A stretch of 53,656 nt of DNA, taken from the NCBI GenBank assembly GCA_000320545.1, contig ADNK01002453.1, positions 1 to 53,656 on the forward strand. Reading direction: 5' to 3'. Shown in pieces: positions 25,823 to 39,369 of this stretch. Below the pieces are notes generated by a model. That model was not told the DNA's origin and did no database searches. It was given only the letters and a program-made list of their open reading frames with translations. The translations under genes were made by a program, and so were the position numbers. The stretch is from Bigelowiella natans CCMP2755. Lineage: Eukaryota > Protista > Cercozoa. The number at the start of each line of letters is the position of its first letter. The stretch's first letter is position 1.

Positions 25823-27552
25823 CTCTCCCTCTCTTTCCCTGCATGTTATGCGTACACGCCTCTGACATGAACATCTTATACTTATAATGCATTGTAGTGC
25901 GAATAAATACTCAGTGATAACACTCCGAAATCAAAAAAGAACAACCACACACTCACACATACTCACGCACACAAACATGCATACCCATCAAGCGAATATT
26001 CTTCGGTATCTACAACCGCGAGCTTGTGGTTAAACAAGTCGCCAAAAGGCACCATTCCGTCTCCAACATCGGTATCAACCTGCATCATTTACACACCCAC
26101 AATGAGCAGCATATATCCACAGAATATATTTATAATTGTCAATATCTGTATCACCAGCAACAACGGTTACCTGAAACGCCCTTGAGGATATCCATGTAGC
26201 AGCCCTTTTGAAATTCTGGAGGCTGAACATCTCTTCGTTGAATGTCGTATTGTACTTTTCCACTAGGGGCACCTACAAGATGGGGAAGAGAATGATAATG
26301 GCATTCATGGGGAAGAGAATGATAATGGCATTGTTAACCCAATTTATCGTTGGGGTTGTTGTATCATCGGTGGAATTCAAAGACGAATCTCATGAGTTTT
26401 TGAAGGAACAACGAGCGTATTAATAATAAAAGGCTCTCTAATATATATATTATAGTATATTTTATATATGTGCACATAAGGTTTCATAACCAAATATGTA
26501 TGTAATGTATTTATCACTATGTATTTTTTGTTTAAGTTTGTATTTTCTGTTTAAGTTCGTGTTCTTGCGTGCCGAGCTGTTTACCACGACGGAGTCAAAA
26601 TCGTCTTCCAAGTCCTGTATATCTTCGTCTGCCCGCTGTATCAAGCCTGTTCCTGAAAGCAACACGGTGTTTAGTCGAATCACTGCCCGATTTATTGATT
26701 CTCGTAGATGACAGTAACAAAGGGGTGATAATGGTGGTGACGATGATGATGATGATGGTGATGATGATGATGGTGATATCGAGGATAGGAACTATGAGGA
26801 TGGCTGCCTTTAAGAAATCGAATGTCCTTCCCATGCCAGAAAAACGGTACATATTCACGACTGAAACACACCAAGACACGCAGGGTTAAACGCACTCACG
26901 ATTGAATGAAATCTGTGTTTGGTAAAAAAAAAAAAATAAAAACAAACAATTTGAAACGGCGTTGGTTGTTGTTAGCACCTTGGTAGTGCTTGAAAGTATG
27001 GATTCCAGGTCGAATTAGCTTCCAAGGTCCACTCGTGCAGCACGGCAATGATCAGGCCTATATACAGGCACATATATTGTACAGAAGTTAAGCGAAATCT
27101 CCACATAAAACCCTCAACTTCGCGGGAACGTGTGCATACAGGAGAGGAATTGAATTTCAGGCGGCAAGCAGTACCTAGTTGGCCTCGAAGACCCTCCGCT
27201 TCTAGGATGTGCGAAACCGATGTCGTGTTCACACTCAAGCATGCTTTCTTCGGTACTCGGCCGATGAGCTATTGCCACCCACGCACGCACAAACAACGCC
27301 GACCATTAACTACGATCAAAGCACCGGCTTTCGAGAAAACAATGGGGTTATAAATTGGAAATCGAAAATACACTGAAGCTCGTTATTTCAGCAAAACAGA
27401 CTGTCTTCGGATCTCTGATGTGTTTGTCTTTCACCTCGCCTTCTACGATGTCTGCTTTCGCAAAAACGCCAATAGCGAGCCCTGTCGTTGCAACCGCAAT
27501 CGGAAAAACCACCCAGCAAAGCGTGACTATTTTTAGCATCACGTAGCATACT

Positions 27553-27593
<41 letters not shown>

Positions 27594-28770
27594 TAAATAT
27601 ATACACATTGCACATACGTTCGAAGCATAAACGTGGTCATTCGGCATTTTCTTGGAAGATGCGCATTTTATGCAGCTATGTTTATTTCATGTAGGAATAA
27701 TATACAACGCATATTATTCATCATCGTCGCCGTCATCATCATAGTTGGAAACACAACCGCTCAGCCCACGCACATGCGACCGAATTTCCAACTTAGAAGC
27801 ATTCCTATCGTCATCACAATATGAGAAATTATACATAGTCAGAGAGAGAGAGAGAGAGAAAGAGAGAGAAAGAGAGTGAGAGATGGAGGGAGAATGTTTT
27901 TTTCCAAATAATAGCCTTATAGTTATTCCGTATTTTTCCTATGAAAGTAGCAAACATATCGAGCCGTTGCATACAAGGCGCAACCAAAATGTCAAACACT
28001 CATACATCTACACACACGTCCGGCTCTAGCACGTTTGCAACTCTGACCAGTAGACGCCGTTTTCACGAAGCCATTTCTGTAGATTGCCGATGATTTTATG
28101 GCGAAAGTACTTCAGCTTACGTCTTCTCCCAGTCGTAAGTTTAGGGTACTGCGGCAATAGAAAGCAATACCATTTTAGACTCATAGAGGAAAGAACAATC
28201 ACCGAATTTCTATCTCACCTTTGCTGCATCAAGCCTAACCCTCTCTGTAGTATTCACGATTTGCATGCAATTGCTTATATAGTCCTCGAATTCGTCCTCA
28301 AACCTGGTGCGTATACACATAGAATAATATACGTGATATAGATGCTGTGCGAGGCAAGTGATATGTCCGTGCTGTTTCATTCCGAGACTCTAATTTAACA
28401 CTCTCTAGCTTTTTCATTGATGATTTCTGTTATGTATTTTCGCCATGTCATAGCAGTCAACAATGCATTAGTGGCTTGCATCATACTACACCTTTTCAGC
28501 TCGTCGGCTGTGATGTTATTGCAAGAATAATCACTTGATCTTAAACGATTAGAGGAGTGGGACGAATGTGTGTTGCCCTCTTTCTCCTCGATTGATTTAG
28601 CTGCTTTGGCGACCATAGTGATGAAGTGTCCTTCGTTGTCCCACTCTATGTGGTCCTCATCTTTATTATAAAAAGCATTTATTTTTATCCATGTATGTAT
28701 TCATTCTTCTCACAATCCCCTTGGCTTGCGAGTCTACTTTGAGAAGCAAGCACTTTTTAGATAGTATACC

Positions 28771-28830
<60 letters not shown>

Positions 28831-29209
28831 ATTAAATACCTCTTGGATGTGGGTGTATAGTAACATTTTGTTTTGCCGTTAAGGATACAGCGATATGTGC
28901 ACAATATATACCTTGCTTTGGCGTTAAACCCCCACGAAGTGACACTAAACAGTGTTGTGTAGGAATTCTATGGAGCAGGTTTAACGAGGAGGGGCGCTGT
29001 GGCAACAAGATACGGCTGCTAGGTCCGCCATTGTTTGCAGGAGGCCATGGATCTTGTAGATTTTGTCTTCTACCCAAAGGAGATGTGTTGTTCTTCGATG
29101 GGAAATATGCCACTCTTCCCTTTGCTTTTCTATCAGAATCTCCATTGATGAGGATGTTGATAAGTAGTAAGCATGCAGCTCCTGCTGCCATCATCCGAGC
29201 GGCCCGCAT
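22925..29209 (-). CDS. SET-domain protein lysine methyltransferase (SETD6/RKM3/Rubisco-LSMT class) with a bipartite-type leader
   Basis: Exons give KWLRENGVYW, GVFAKADIVEGE, STWNPYFQALP, FKRAATWISSRAFQ, GMVPFGDLFNH and AGEEIHNCYG...KYGF. Exon 1 encodes a hydrophobic signal plus a basic linker ending SLRGG. The acidic tail ends at TGA 22925-22927. Confidence 0.88.
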
Positions 29210-29565
29210 CAGCCGTCCTTCTCAGCCCAGCCGCAACCGAAATTATCAGTAAAAAAGCCTGGATTTTCTCTCTACGGCCATAATTATTTATTGTCGCAAG
29301 ATTCTTATGATTATGAGCTATAAATACTTTCAGACGACAACATGAATCGCTTTGTCGTAGTATGCAAATCGGTGTTGTTAAGTGCCGAAACGCGTTCTGA
29401 ATAAAATATCTCCTGTAAGAAGTGTTCTTGCTTAAATACAGGGCGTTTTAACATGAAAATTAGTCATTTATTTGTCGTTTTTGAGTAAATTGGCAAGGCT
29501 CTAAATGAGGAAACTTCAAGAAGCTTCCTCGATTGCCCCCACCTCTGTGGTGATCTGTGCTGACG
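29210..29565. promoter_or_regulatory. Head-to-head promoter gap (SET/OTU) with TGTCG motifs
   Basis: TGTCG at 29292, 29353 and 29473; CGACA at 29335. Confidence 0.55.
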
Positions 29566-31576
29566 ATGTCCGGTGAGGAGCGTACGTTATATAACAAATG
29601 TGTAATGATTGAGGGTGTTCTGAATCATTGCGCGGTTCTTCCGAATGGTCGAGATGACGGGTTCATACGTGCTCGATGAAAGATTTAACGCTTGTTCGAT
29701 TGTGCTCATTTGGCAAACTAGCAGAGCACATAACATCATACGTGATTGACGATAGTAATACTAATGTGCAAATGATTTCATATTCAAACTTGGTAATAAT
29801 ACAATCAATCAGGCTCCGAAAATGGCTACACACCTCTCCAGGTTTGTATCTACACACACGTATAGATTCATTCTCCATTCTCCCACGCTCTTGAATAGCA
29901 TGGTATGGGACTGTTGAGAGGATGATCGAATGCGCATTCGTCTACTGTTCTTCGAGCAAAGATAATTATAAAAAAAATCGCTTCGATATTGATCTGGCCG
30001 TGAACATCAGGAACTACAGCTGGCAACGGCGTATTTGTTGATGCAGAAGATGAGCGCGGGGAAGAAAAAGAAAGAAAGAGTGATAAATACAAGCCACATA
30101 CATACGCATACTTACACACCATACACCGTGTACAAACACACTCTATACTGTGCACCAGCATTGCAGCTTTTAAAAACAAAAAAATGCATGTATTCATGCG
30201 CACACATAAATATTATTTCTCCCCAGGTTTTAACAGACGATGATAAAAAATGGCAGGATTCTTTGAAGGTCGTCGGCACTTTCTTTTCAAAAAAAAACAT
30301 AACAATGTTTACTGCAAGTCTATGTGTCAACTTTGCACAAACTCATTGCGCGTGTGAGGCTACTATCACCATCTTCATGTTTAAATTATACAAATGGCAA
30401 GGTCGGAGCTGAATGCGACGCGAGGGACTCTTTTGGGCGTTGGCTTTACAGTCAAGTATCACAAATCGAGGACTCTAGAATTCAAGTAAAATAAGACTTT
30501 CTTCCAACATTTGCAGACCTCGCCAATGTGCTCATCAGTGCGATTTAAGCATGTGTACTTAGATCAACACACCGGATGAATACAGCACTTTGTGTACGTG
30601 CGTGCGTGAGAGTGCGTGTGTGTGTGAAATTAATAAATAAATGCTCAGTGCAAAATTGTGTTATTATATGGTGGCATTTTATTCTCCAATATACTGCAGG
30701 TTCTCCATTTTGAAACAATGGAATACCAATGGTGGCTAACAACGCACACAACACACAGCTGATCTTTAATGTTATGTTTTTGGTGGAGAAAACGATGACA
30801 ACAGCATCTTGTCTGCCCCCCCATCCCTCCCCTCTCTCCATTGACACACACATGCAGAATACTTACAAATGATGACGCGCAGGTATGCAAAGCATTCTAT
30901 CGATATCGCCGAGTTGAAAACTGGGCTAAAAATCGATGAGCAAATCGCAAAACAAAGTCCTGACTCACGTAAGTGTGATGATGATAACAGCACCCCAAAC
31001 TCGATATGCTGTTTTTTTCCTTTTGTCGCACCGCACCGCATCATGGGTAGCCTGAGAAACCCTAGTTGGGAGGCGTCGTGTTGCTGTTTTCCCTTCGCCC
31101 ATATGCGCCATCTGCGGCAGTCGCCTTTGTCGGCGGTATAGGAAATTGATTTACAAAACAATTGAAACAATCGAGCAGCAGCTGGAGGGATGGCTGGTTG
31201 GATGCCTCGCGACCCTGACCAGGTATATGGTTGTGCTGCTATTTATGCTTTTTTTTTTCCTTCTTCTTCTTCTTCGTGAGACTTTTATGTTGGCATTTTC
31301 TCCCACCTGTATTCATCTATGGCTAATCACTTTTCATAAAGAATCTCCTGTGAGTTATTCGCCTTGTTCGTTTGAGATATTTACGCGTACAATTTCAATG
31401 AAAAACAATAATCAGACAAAAGAGGCTACTTGCTTCATCACAAGAACGTGTTATTATATCTGCATTTCTTCATTCTTTTTGTTTTTTAGTCAAGCAAGAG
31501 GACAAGGCTAACAACCGGTAGTAGCAGTAGCAGCAGCAGCAGTAGTAGTAGTAGTAGTAGTGGTAGTATTTTAAAG

Positions 31577-31615
<39 letters not shown>

Positions 31616-33381
31616 GTCGGCGGTGGGGCTAATTTGCTGCTGCTGGTGATTGTAATGATGATGATGATGATGAGGAGGAGGAGGAGGAGGAGGAGGAGGA
31701 GGAGGATAACGACAAATACCAATTAGCCTCTTCGTGGCAATATCAACATTATGAAAGTCTATAACGCATTTATTCTGCCAAGAGACTGTGGGGATTGTAA
31801 ATGACTTCTACTACTCATTTGATGTTGCGCTAAGGCATCTTTTTGAACACGCATAGGTACAAGGACAGGTGCGACGCAAACAAACAGCATTTCTTCAGGT
31901 TTTGCGTCAGCTTCAACGGTGATCAATAATAGTAAATATTTACCAAAGCGCACAGAATGGGGGGGGGTGGGGGAGGTGAGTAAGATGTGAGCTAATTATG
32001 GTTTTGATACTATTGCATTATTGATATTATTCTTAATTATAACATTATTATGTGGTGCTGTCATCGTATCTTATGTCGAATGCTGCATCAGACTTCAGTC
32101 TTTCCAGTAGTGCCTCTTCCGGAAATAAGAAGCAGAAGAAAGAGGTGGTTCTTGTGGACAATAATATAGACATTGATATAACAATATGCGTGTGTGTGTG
32201 TCTGTGTGTGTGTGTGTGTGTTTCCTTCTGGTGGTGGTGATGATGATGATGATGATTATTATTATTATGATGATTATGATGATTCTCACAACTACAATGC
32301 AATATAGGATGGCAAAACAACGACAGTAACAGCAACCTCAAACCCCAACCCCAACGATGGCAAAAGTCACCATGCGCAGACGAGGGCAGAAAAGGAGGCA
32401 GACAGCTCTGTTTTTGGAGCTCCTTTCGGGGACCCTGCGTTGTTTCCATGTGAGGTTGGAACGCAAACATTCTCCAAGGCTCCTTCAGAGAAAGAGGGGG
32501 GGGAGAAGGGGGGGGAGGGGCGGGGTGAGGATGGGAAATCAAGCAAGCGTAACAAGGCGAGTAGTACTGGGAAAGCAGAGAAGGCGACCGGAGCAGCGTG
32601 CGATGCAGATGGGGATAGACAAGGCAGCTTAGAGGGTTGGCGAGCAGAGGTAGTAGGATGGTGATGATGATGGTAATGATGATGATGAGAGATGGCCATC
32701 ATCATCAACGTACTGGGGCATGTTTCCACTCCCTACCCCTCTGATCGATCGTACTGTTCTCCCCTCCCCCCCCCCCTTTTATTCTCTAGACCCAATTTTG
32801 ACTTTAGTTTTGAATTTGATGCGAGCAATTCTCACGAACGTTGATCTTGTTTGTGTCGCCGTCGCTGTCTCCCCCTCCCCTCTCACTCCCTGTTATAATA
32901 TGTTCCATTGTTATGGATCTCATCTAATAGCTGAGTCTCACTGATATGCTCGAGTACTACCATGGGGATATGTGGGAGGTGGCCGAGGTTAATATTTACA
33001 TATTTATATATTATATTTATTTATTTACATATATTGGCACTAATCCAGCTCTTGATTGTTAGTCATCTTAAGAGAAATCAGACATGTGGACGTTGTACGA
33101 GGGGGACTGCAAGGGAGGGGAGGGGTGTTATATTTTATAGATATTTGTTATCTGAATTATCGTTGTCGTTTATTGCAAAGGTTGTGGCCATAAATGAGCA
33201 GCGCTCACACTTGCGGTATTTCGGCGTTTTTATGTTGGGGCATGGACTCATTTTCTTTCTTACTGTCTTTTCTTCTCTCTCTGTGTGTGTATGTGTTTCA
33301 TTTGCCAAAATTACAACAAAAACGATATAATTGATTTATTTTTATGCAGTGGAACGACTTTCACCAAATCTACCGATAACA

Positions 33382-33423
<42 letters not shown>

Positions 33424-34838
33424 CATATTTATCATATACCATCACATTTTGGGCCAACTTTATTACAAAACATACGTACGTTTTCTTGATGGTTACATAT
33501 AACGATATATTTCATCTTTTCCCCCCCCCCCCCCCCCCACAGAACATCGCCATAGCTTATATAACCAGCATTGTTTGTGTTTTGAATAGAGTGCGGCTCG
33601 TAGAGCTTGGTCCTTCGTATGACAAAGTCGTCAATTTTCGATCGGACAAAATTGCCAAGTTTGGAAGCCATTGCTTTGGTGCTCAAGCACCAACAGCTAG
33701 TACCACCAAAGGTATCCAACAACAACGACGCAAACAATCGTCATCATAATCATAACCTTTATCATCATGATCATCATCACCATCATACACCATCCTTATT
33801 TTATAACCTTATTGATATCAATATCAATATCAATATATATATATATATATATATACGCCATCAGCGTAACCACAGTTGATAAACAGAATTGCGGCCTTAG
33901 CTGATAACAATATCCTATATAACATATACAATGTGTTGTGTTGTGTATATTGAATAACAAGGACCAGAGAAGAACTCTGTACAGTCGTTGATCGATGCAA
34001 TGTTTGGCAACCCGATGACTCCGCCATGTACTTAAGTAGTAGTAGTTGTAGGAGGAGGAGGAGGAGGAGGAACGGGGGGGGGGATCCGACATTAATACAT
34101 ATGCTATTCACCGTTTGATGAAGGCTGGAGATGTCTCAAGTTGAGCATATATATGAGTAGCAGTATGCTGATTTACAATTGTGTTTTTCCATTCAATAGA
34201 CAAAATGATTGAAGAGAAGCAGATGACCAAAGAAGACCGCGAGTAGTTTATATTGATATATAGTATTGGCCAGCAGCGCAAGCAGCATTCTTGCTAGATA
34301 AGGCGGAGATGCATTGTAACTCTGCTTAGGTTGCATGTACCGTCGTAGCAAAATGAGTATACTGATGATGGTGTGTGTGTGTGTGTGTGTGTGTGTGTAT
34401 TTGAAATTCATGCCATTACAAGCCGTCCGCTCCTTACTTCCTCCTCTCCAACGCTAGGTTTCGAGACAAAATAGAGGTGGGGGACTTCGTTGATGCAATC
34501 GATCAAGATGGAAAATGGTACGATGACTATTACTAGCACCTCGAATGAAAATGGAGAAGAAGAACGGTCCATTCATAATGCTGCTACTGCTACTACTTCT
34601 TCATCTTCTTCTTTTCGACACTTAACATGGTTATCCAATGGCCGCTGGCTCATCTCTCTTTCCCCCCCCCCCCATTTTTTGTAGGTACTCGGCAATTATA
34701 AAGAAGATCGAGTATGCTAGCGGAGTTGAAGGGAAGGTCTCTGCGAATGATAGGCTGCTAATCAGATTCACGGAATGGCAAGAAAAATGGAATTATTGGG
34801 TAGTAGCACTAGTACTAGCAGTTGTAGATAGAAAAGAC

Positions 34839-34885
<47 letters not shown>

Positions 34886-35097
34886 ACGTTGAAAATATCT
34901 TAAAGATTGCGATAGCAGCGGCCAAAGAGTGCACTCCATTTGCTTCTCTCGCAATTTCATCAATGTCTGATACTGACGAAGAAGCTATTTTCCTGGTTTA
35001 ATATCACCCCGTCAGGCACCTCGTTACTCGACAGCTGTAAAGCAGGCCTTCACAGTGTCAAAGCCTCGTGAAGAACAAGACCGTTTGAACGGTTGCA

Positions 35098-35133
<36 letters not shown>

Positions 35134-35187
35134 GCTACTGGGAATGCCATGCCTGCGTGTGTAGTAGTAGTAGTCGTAGTAGTAGTC

Positions 35188-35218
<31 letters not shown>

Positions 35219-35845
35219 ATAGACAAATGATGAGTCGGTGAGGGGGACGATGCACTTGGTTGGTTTTTGTTGTAATTATCTTCTACTGTTTCTGGTGCCG
35301 CTGGGTTGCTGTAGGAAGAGCCGAGGTGTCTCCAATCGACTACTCAGAAGGTACTACTACTACTACTGCTACTATTATGAATGCTGGTTTGATGATGATG
35401 ATGATGATGACGATGATGATGGGTGATGATTTATGGCGACGCACGTGTGCGGGTAGAGCATATGTCGCTGCTAACAAAGTCTGATGATTCTTAGTTGTTA
35501 CAACGAGAGGACGCTCATGTATTAGCACGAAACCCCTCCCTCCAAAAGTCACAAGGGACTGTGGAGGAAGAATGCTCAGGTGTGCAGTGCGTAACCCAAT
35601 AATATAATACCACTACTGTCGTATACTACAACTTTCAAAAAGCCCTTTTCAAACAGTTCTCGTGTGTATATCAGCAGCCAGCCATGTTAAATTAGTCATA
35701 GCAAGTGTACAGCTTGAGCGTTATTCTTTTTGTTCTTCAAAGAGATTATTATCTTAGTCTTTAGAAGCATAACATATCATACATATTGAAATTGCTGCTT
35801 TACTTGACCGTGTTTCATCTTCAACTTCATTTTCCTATATATTAT

Positions 35846-35884
<39 letters not shown>

Positions 35885-36126
35885 TTTCTTGATATTATCG
35901 TTGTGATATGCTATGCTGCAAACATGTTTGGAGGGAGACTTCTTTAATTTGTCACGTTTGATTTTGTTTTTTTGTTGGTGGTGGTGGTGGTGGTGTTCCA
36001 GATACCGCATGCCGGCGGATAACTCATGTTTATTTCATTCATTCACGTTTGCGTGTGAGGGGAGAGCACCTGTCACCACAGATACGTCGGCGGTATATTT
36101 CTTCTTTGCTGCTTATTATCATGAAT

Positions 36127-36158
<32 letters not shown>

Positions 36159-36324
36159 TCACAGAAACAGAACTGCATGTTTCCTGCACTTTTTTTGATC
36201 TCCCATAGTTTTTAGACGCACACTATTATCTCTGCTGATGTTGGTGTTGAAGTGTAGCCTGTTGCACGCACCACATAGGTGCAAACGAAACGTGTCACGG
36301 AATACGTCGAGCAGCATCCTTTCG

Positions 36325-36368
<44 letters not shown>

Positions 36369-36551
36369 TATATATGTATTATATTTATTATTTAATGTGT
36401 ATATACTTACACAGCAGCTCAGCTAACTGCATTACGTGAAGAGGAGAGTAAAGCTCCTCGAGAACTGAAACAATGATTTTTATTTAGTTTTGGCATTTTG
36501 TTTAAAGATGTAAACCACATGCTACTGAACTATATATATATATACATATTA

Positions 36552-36596
<45 letters not shown>

Positions 36597-37076
36597 GTAT
36601 TGATGAAGTGCCTCTGTCGCCTTTGAACGATGTGTTTGTTAGATTCTTGGAATCTACCGGTTATTTGAAAGAAGATTATTGCTTAAATGTGAAGAGGAAG
36701 GACTTCTGGGTATGTGCAGGCTAACAGCTGGCCCTGTTATATCGTCAGCTATCTGAATTGAAGATTTGATTCTCTGTTTTTCCGTTTTGCTGGTGGCGTT
36801 ATCGTTGTTATTGATCGGTGCTGCTGATGATGATGATGATGGTGTGTCAAGGGCGGTGCGGTAGAGATCGGAATTTTATCCAACTTCTTCGATGTGGAAG
36901 TGAGTTTACTTTATTAACCAGCGTGATGATGAATGATGATAAATGATGATGATGAATGATGATGAATGATGTTGATGGCAGATTCCTTTCCCTAGGCACA
37001 TACTACATTCTCACGCCTTCGTTCTGCATAGCATCATGGATAATATACATCTGAGAGCCAGCCGTTTGAAAGAAAT

Positions 37077-37109
<33 letters not shown>

Positions 37110-38770
37110 GTCGTCGATCTCTCCCTACCATTCCCTACTCTCATCATCATCAACAACAACAACAACACCAAACATAAACACGTCGATATCAGGTCGTTTC
37201 ATTTGACATTCAAGGCCCAGTCGTATACCAGTTCCAACCACTCACTGCGAAGAACGATGATAATGATGTTGATGTGAAGTCAGGAGCTCGGTAACAATGC
37301 CACTTTCTGCCAACGTTTTGCCAGTCGTTATGAATACTACCATCTATGATATCAATCGCAAATCCAAGCACACATCGGTTAAATGTCCAACTCTTTCCTC
37401 TCCTCATTCCACAGCAGCAGCACCAACAACAATAACAACAATAAACAACATCCAACAGAGAGAAGGCCGGTCCAGACGAGAAAATCGTGCATAAGCTAGG
37501 TAATTCTACCTTCCAACGTCTCCGTTGTCGTTGATTTATAACCCTTTATTTATCCATTTATCTACATCAGAAGGTGGCTCAGAAGCAGCAAACGCATCGA
37601 AGAAAGGGGGGGAAAGGAAGCGAGTGTTCTTTGTCTTCAACGGCCAGCACTACGATGTTTTGGTTTATGTAAATAACAAAGCCAAACATGTGCAAGAGGT
37701 AAGCAGCGCGTACAATGTCCCTGTTTCCTCCTTTTTTTGTTTTAACTTCTCGACGCGACCTGTTGGATGTTTTGGATAAAGTCAGCGTTTTGAATTTCTC
37801 CCGGGTGTGCTATCGTTTTTGAATTATCGCTGGCGTGTATGCTTTGCTACAGTATTTCAACGCTGGAGACGATGTTGCGCTTGATATGGTATTGCGTTCA
37901 GCCATTACTTCATTATTGAATTGACCAAAAAATGTAAAGAGGAAATCGGTAGTTTAATGCGGGGTATGTGTTTGTGAGGTTTGTGTTAATCGTGTTTTCT
38001 TAGTTGTTTTGACACCTTTTTCTCTCGAATGTCTTGACAATGCAAACAGGCTAGGAAGCACATAGAACTATTACATCTCTCGAGGTATAAGAAGGACTTC
38101 GATTCTCAGGTGTGTGAGCAGCACCTGTGCATGCCGTTCATATCAAAAGGCCACCGTATTTTTTTAAAAAACAACAGGATACTTAACAGTGTAAGACTGT
38201 TTGTTTTCGCTCTGACGCCATTGTCTTGAGTGTTTTTCCCCCGATGATTCAAGCATCACTCCGCAACAGCACTCCACAGCAGCAACAACAACAACAACAA
38301 CAAGCACAACAAGCACAACAACACACACAGGTTGAATGGAAAGGTCGCGTTGTGGGACAGAATCCTGCAAGCTCGACGCCGGAGATAAGTACGGGATTAT
38401 GTGCTCCATAGTAGTAGTTGTTGTAGTTGTTGTAATAGTAGTAGGAGTAGCAGTAAGTAGTAGTCACATATAACCAAGCCGACCGCATAGTAGGTATGTT
38501 TAAGGTGTTTATGTATACGTTGATTTGTTTCATTCTTAATACTATTATTATTATTACTCTCCTCCGCCCCCAGCACTACTAGACACGCATACTCAGAAGA
38601 TGCCAAACCTATAACATCTCTCCTCCTCCTCCTCCTCCTCCTCCCCCTCGTGCTGCTTTATCTGAGTAGAGCGCCATACATCGGATACCGCTAACGACCG
38701 CATATCTCTCACCCAAATCAACTCAAACCCAGTCGCCGGCCCTGCCGATGTTCCTTCTCTAAAGAAGTGA
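29566..38770 (+). CDS. OTU1/YOD1-type deubiquitinase with N-terminal Tudor/MBT-like repeats (5' structure uncertain; could be two genes)
   Basis: OTU Cys box MPADNSCLFHS at about 36009-36041, then WGGAVEIGILS, and His box VFNGQHYDVL (His 37648-37650). Tudor/MBT-like motifs WQDSLKVGAECDARDSFGRW (about 30250-30442) and FRDKIEVGDFVDAIDQDGKWYSAII...LLIRFTEWQEKWNYW (34458-34799). Stop TGA 38768-38770. Confidence 0.75.
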
Positions 38771-38947
38771 GAGGAGTTCTCTTTGTTTTATGGGCAAATA
38801 TCAACTACTACTGCCACTGCTACTGCTGCTGCTGCTACTAGCTACTACTATCTAAGGAAGAACCAACCATCAGGGGGGGGGGGTGCGACGAATGTCTAAT
38901 CTTCAAATGCATATAGCTGTGTACGTATGTGATGATGATGATGTGTA

Positions 38948-38985
<38 letters not shown>

Positions 38986-39369
38986 TTATACTATATATTT
39001 ACCACGAGTTAAGGTCTCGAATGTTTGCTATCCTTGCATGTACAAGTCATGACTCTCTGTTTATGCTTCTTTCGCGTCGTTACTAGGTGTAAATCTGTGC
39101 AGATACCGTCTGGGAGGTAGTGGGGGAGCATGAGTACTAAAGACGCCTATGTTAGTATGAAAAAGAGAAATAAATGAGAAAGTTTGCGCTTGGTTGTGCG
39201 CCGTCCCATCGTGTGTTACTTCGTCGCTAAGAAGCCTCGATAAAGGAATAGTGTGATGACGGGTGGAGATTGTTAGCTATCTTATGCTAACAAACGATGT
39301 TTCCCATTTTGTTTTTGACATGTATATATTAAATAGTAATGCGAATTTGTTACCCAGAAAATTGATTGT

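Noticed and set aside
2570-28826. Sense-strand bias of (TG)n in introns
   Set aside because: It holds mostly in ABCG, but both orientations occur in the SET gene and other genes.
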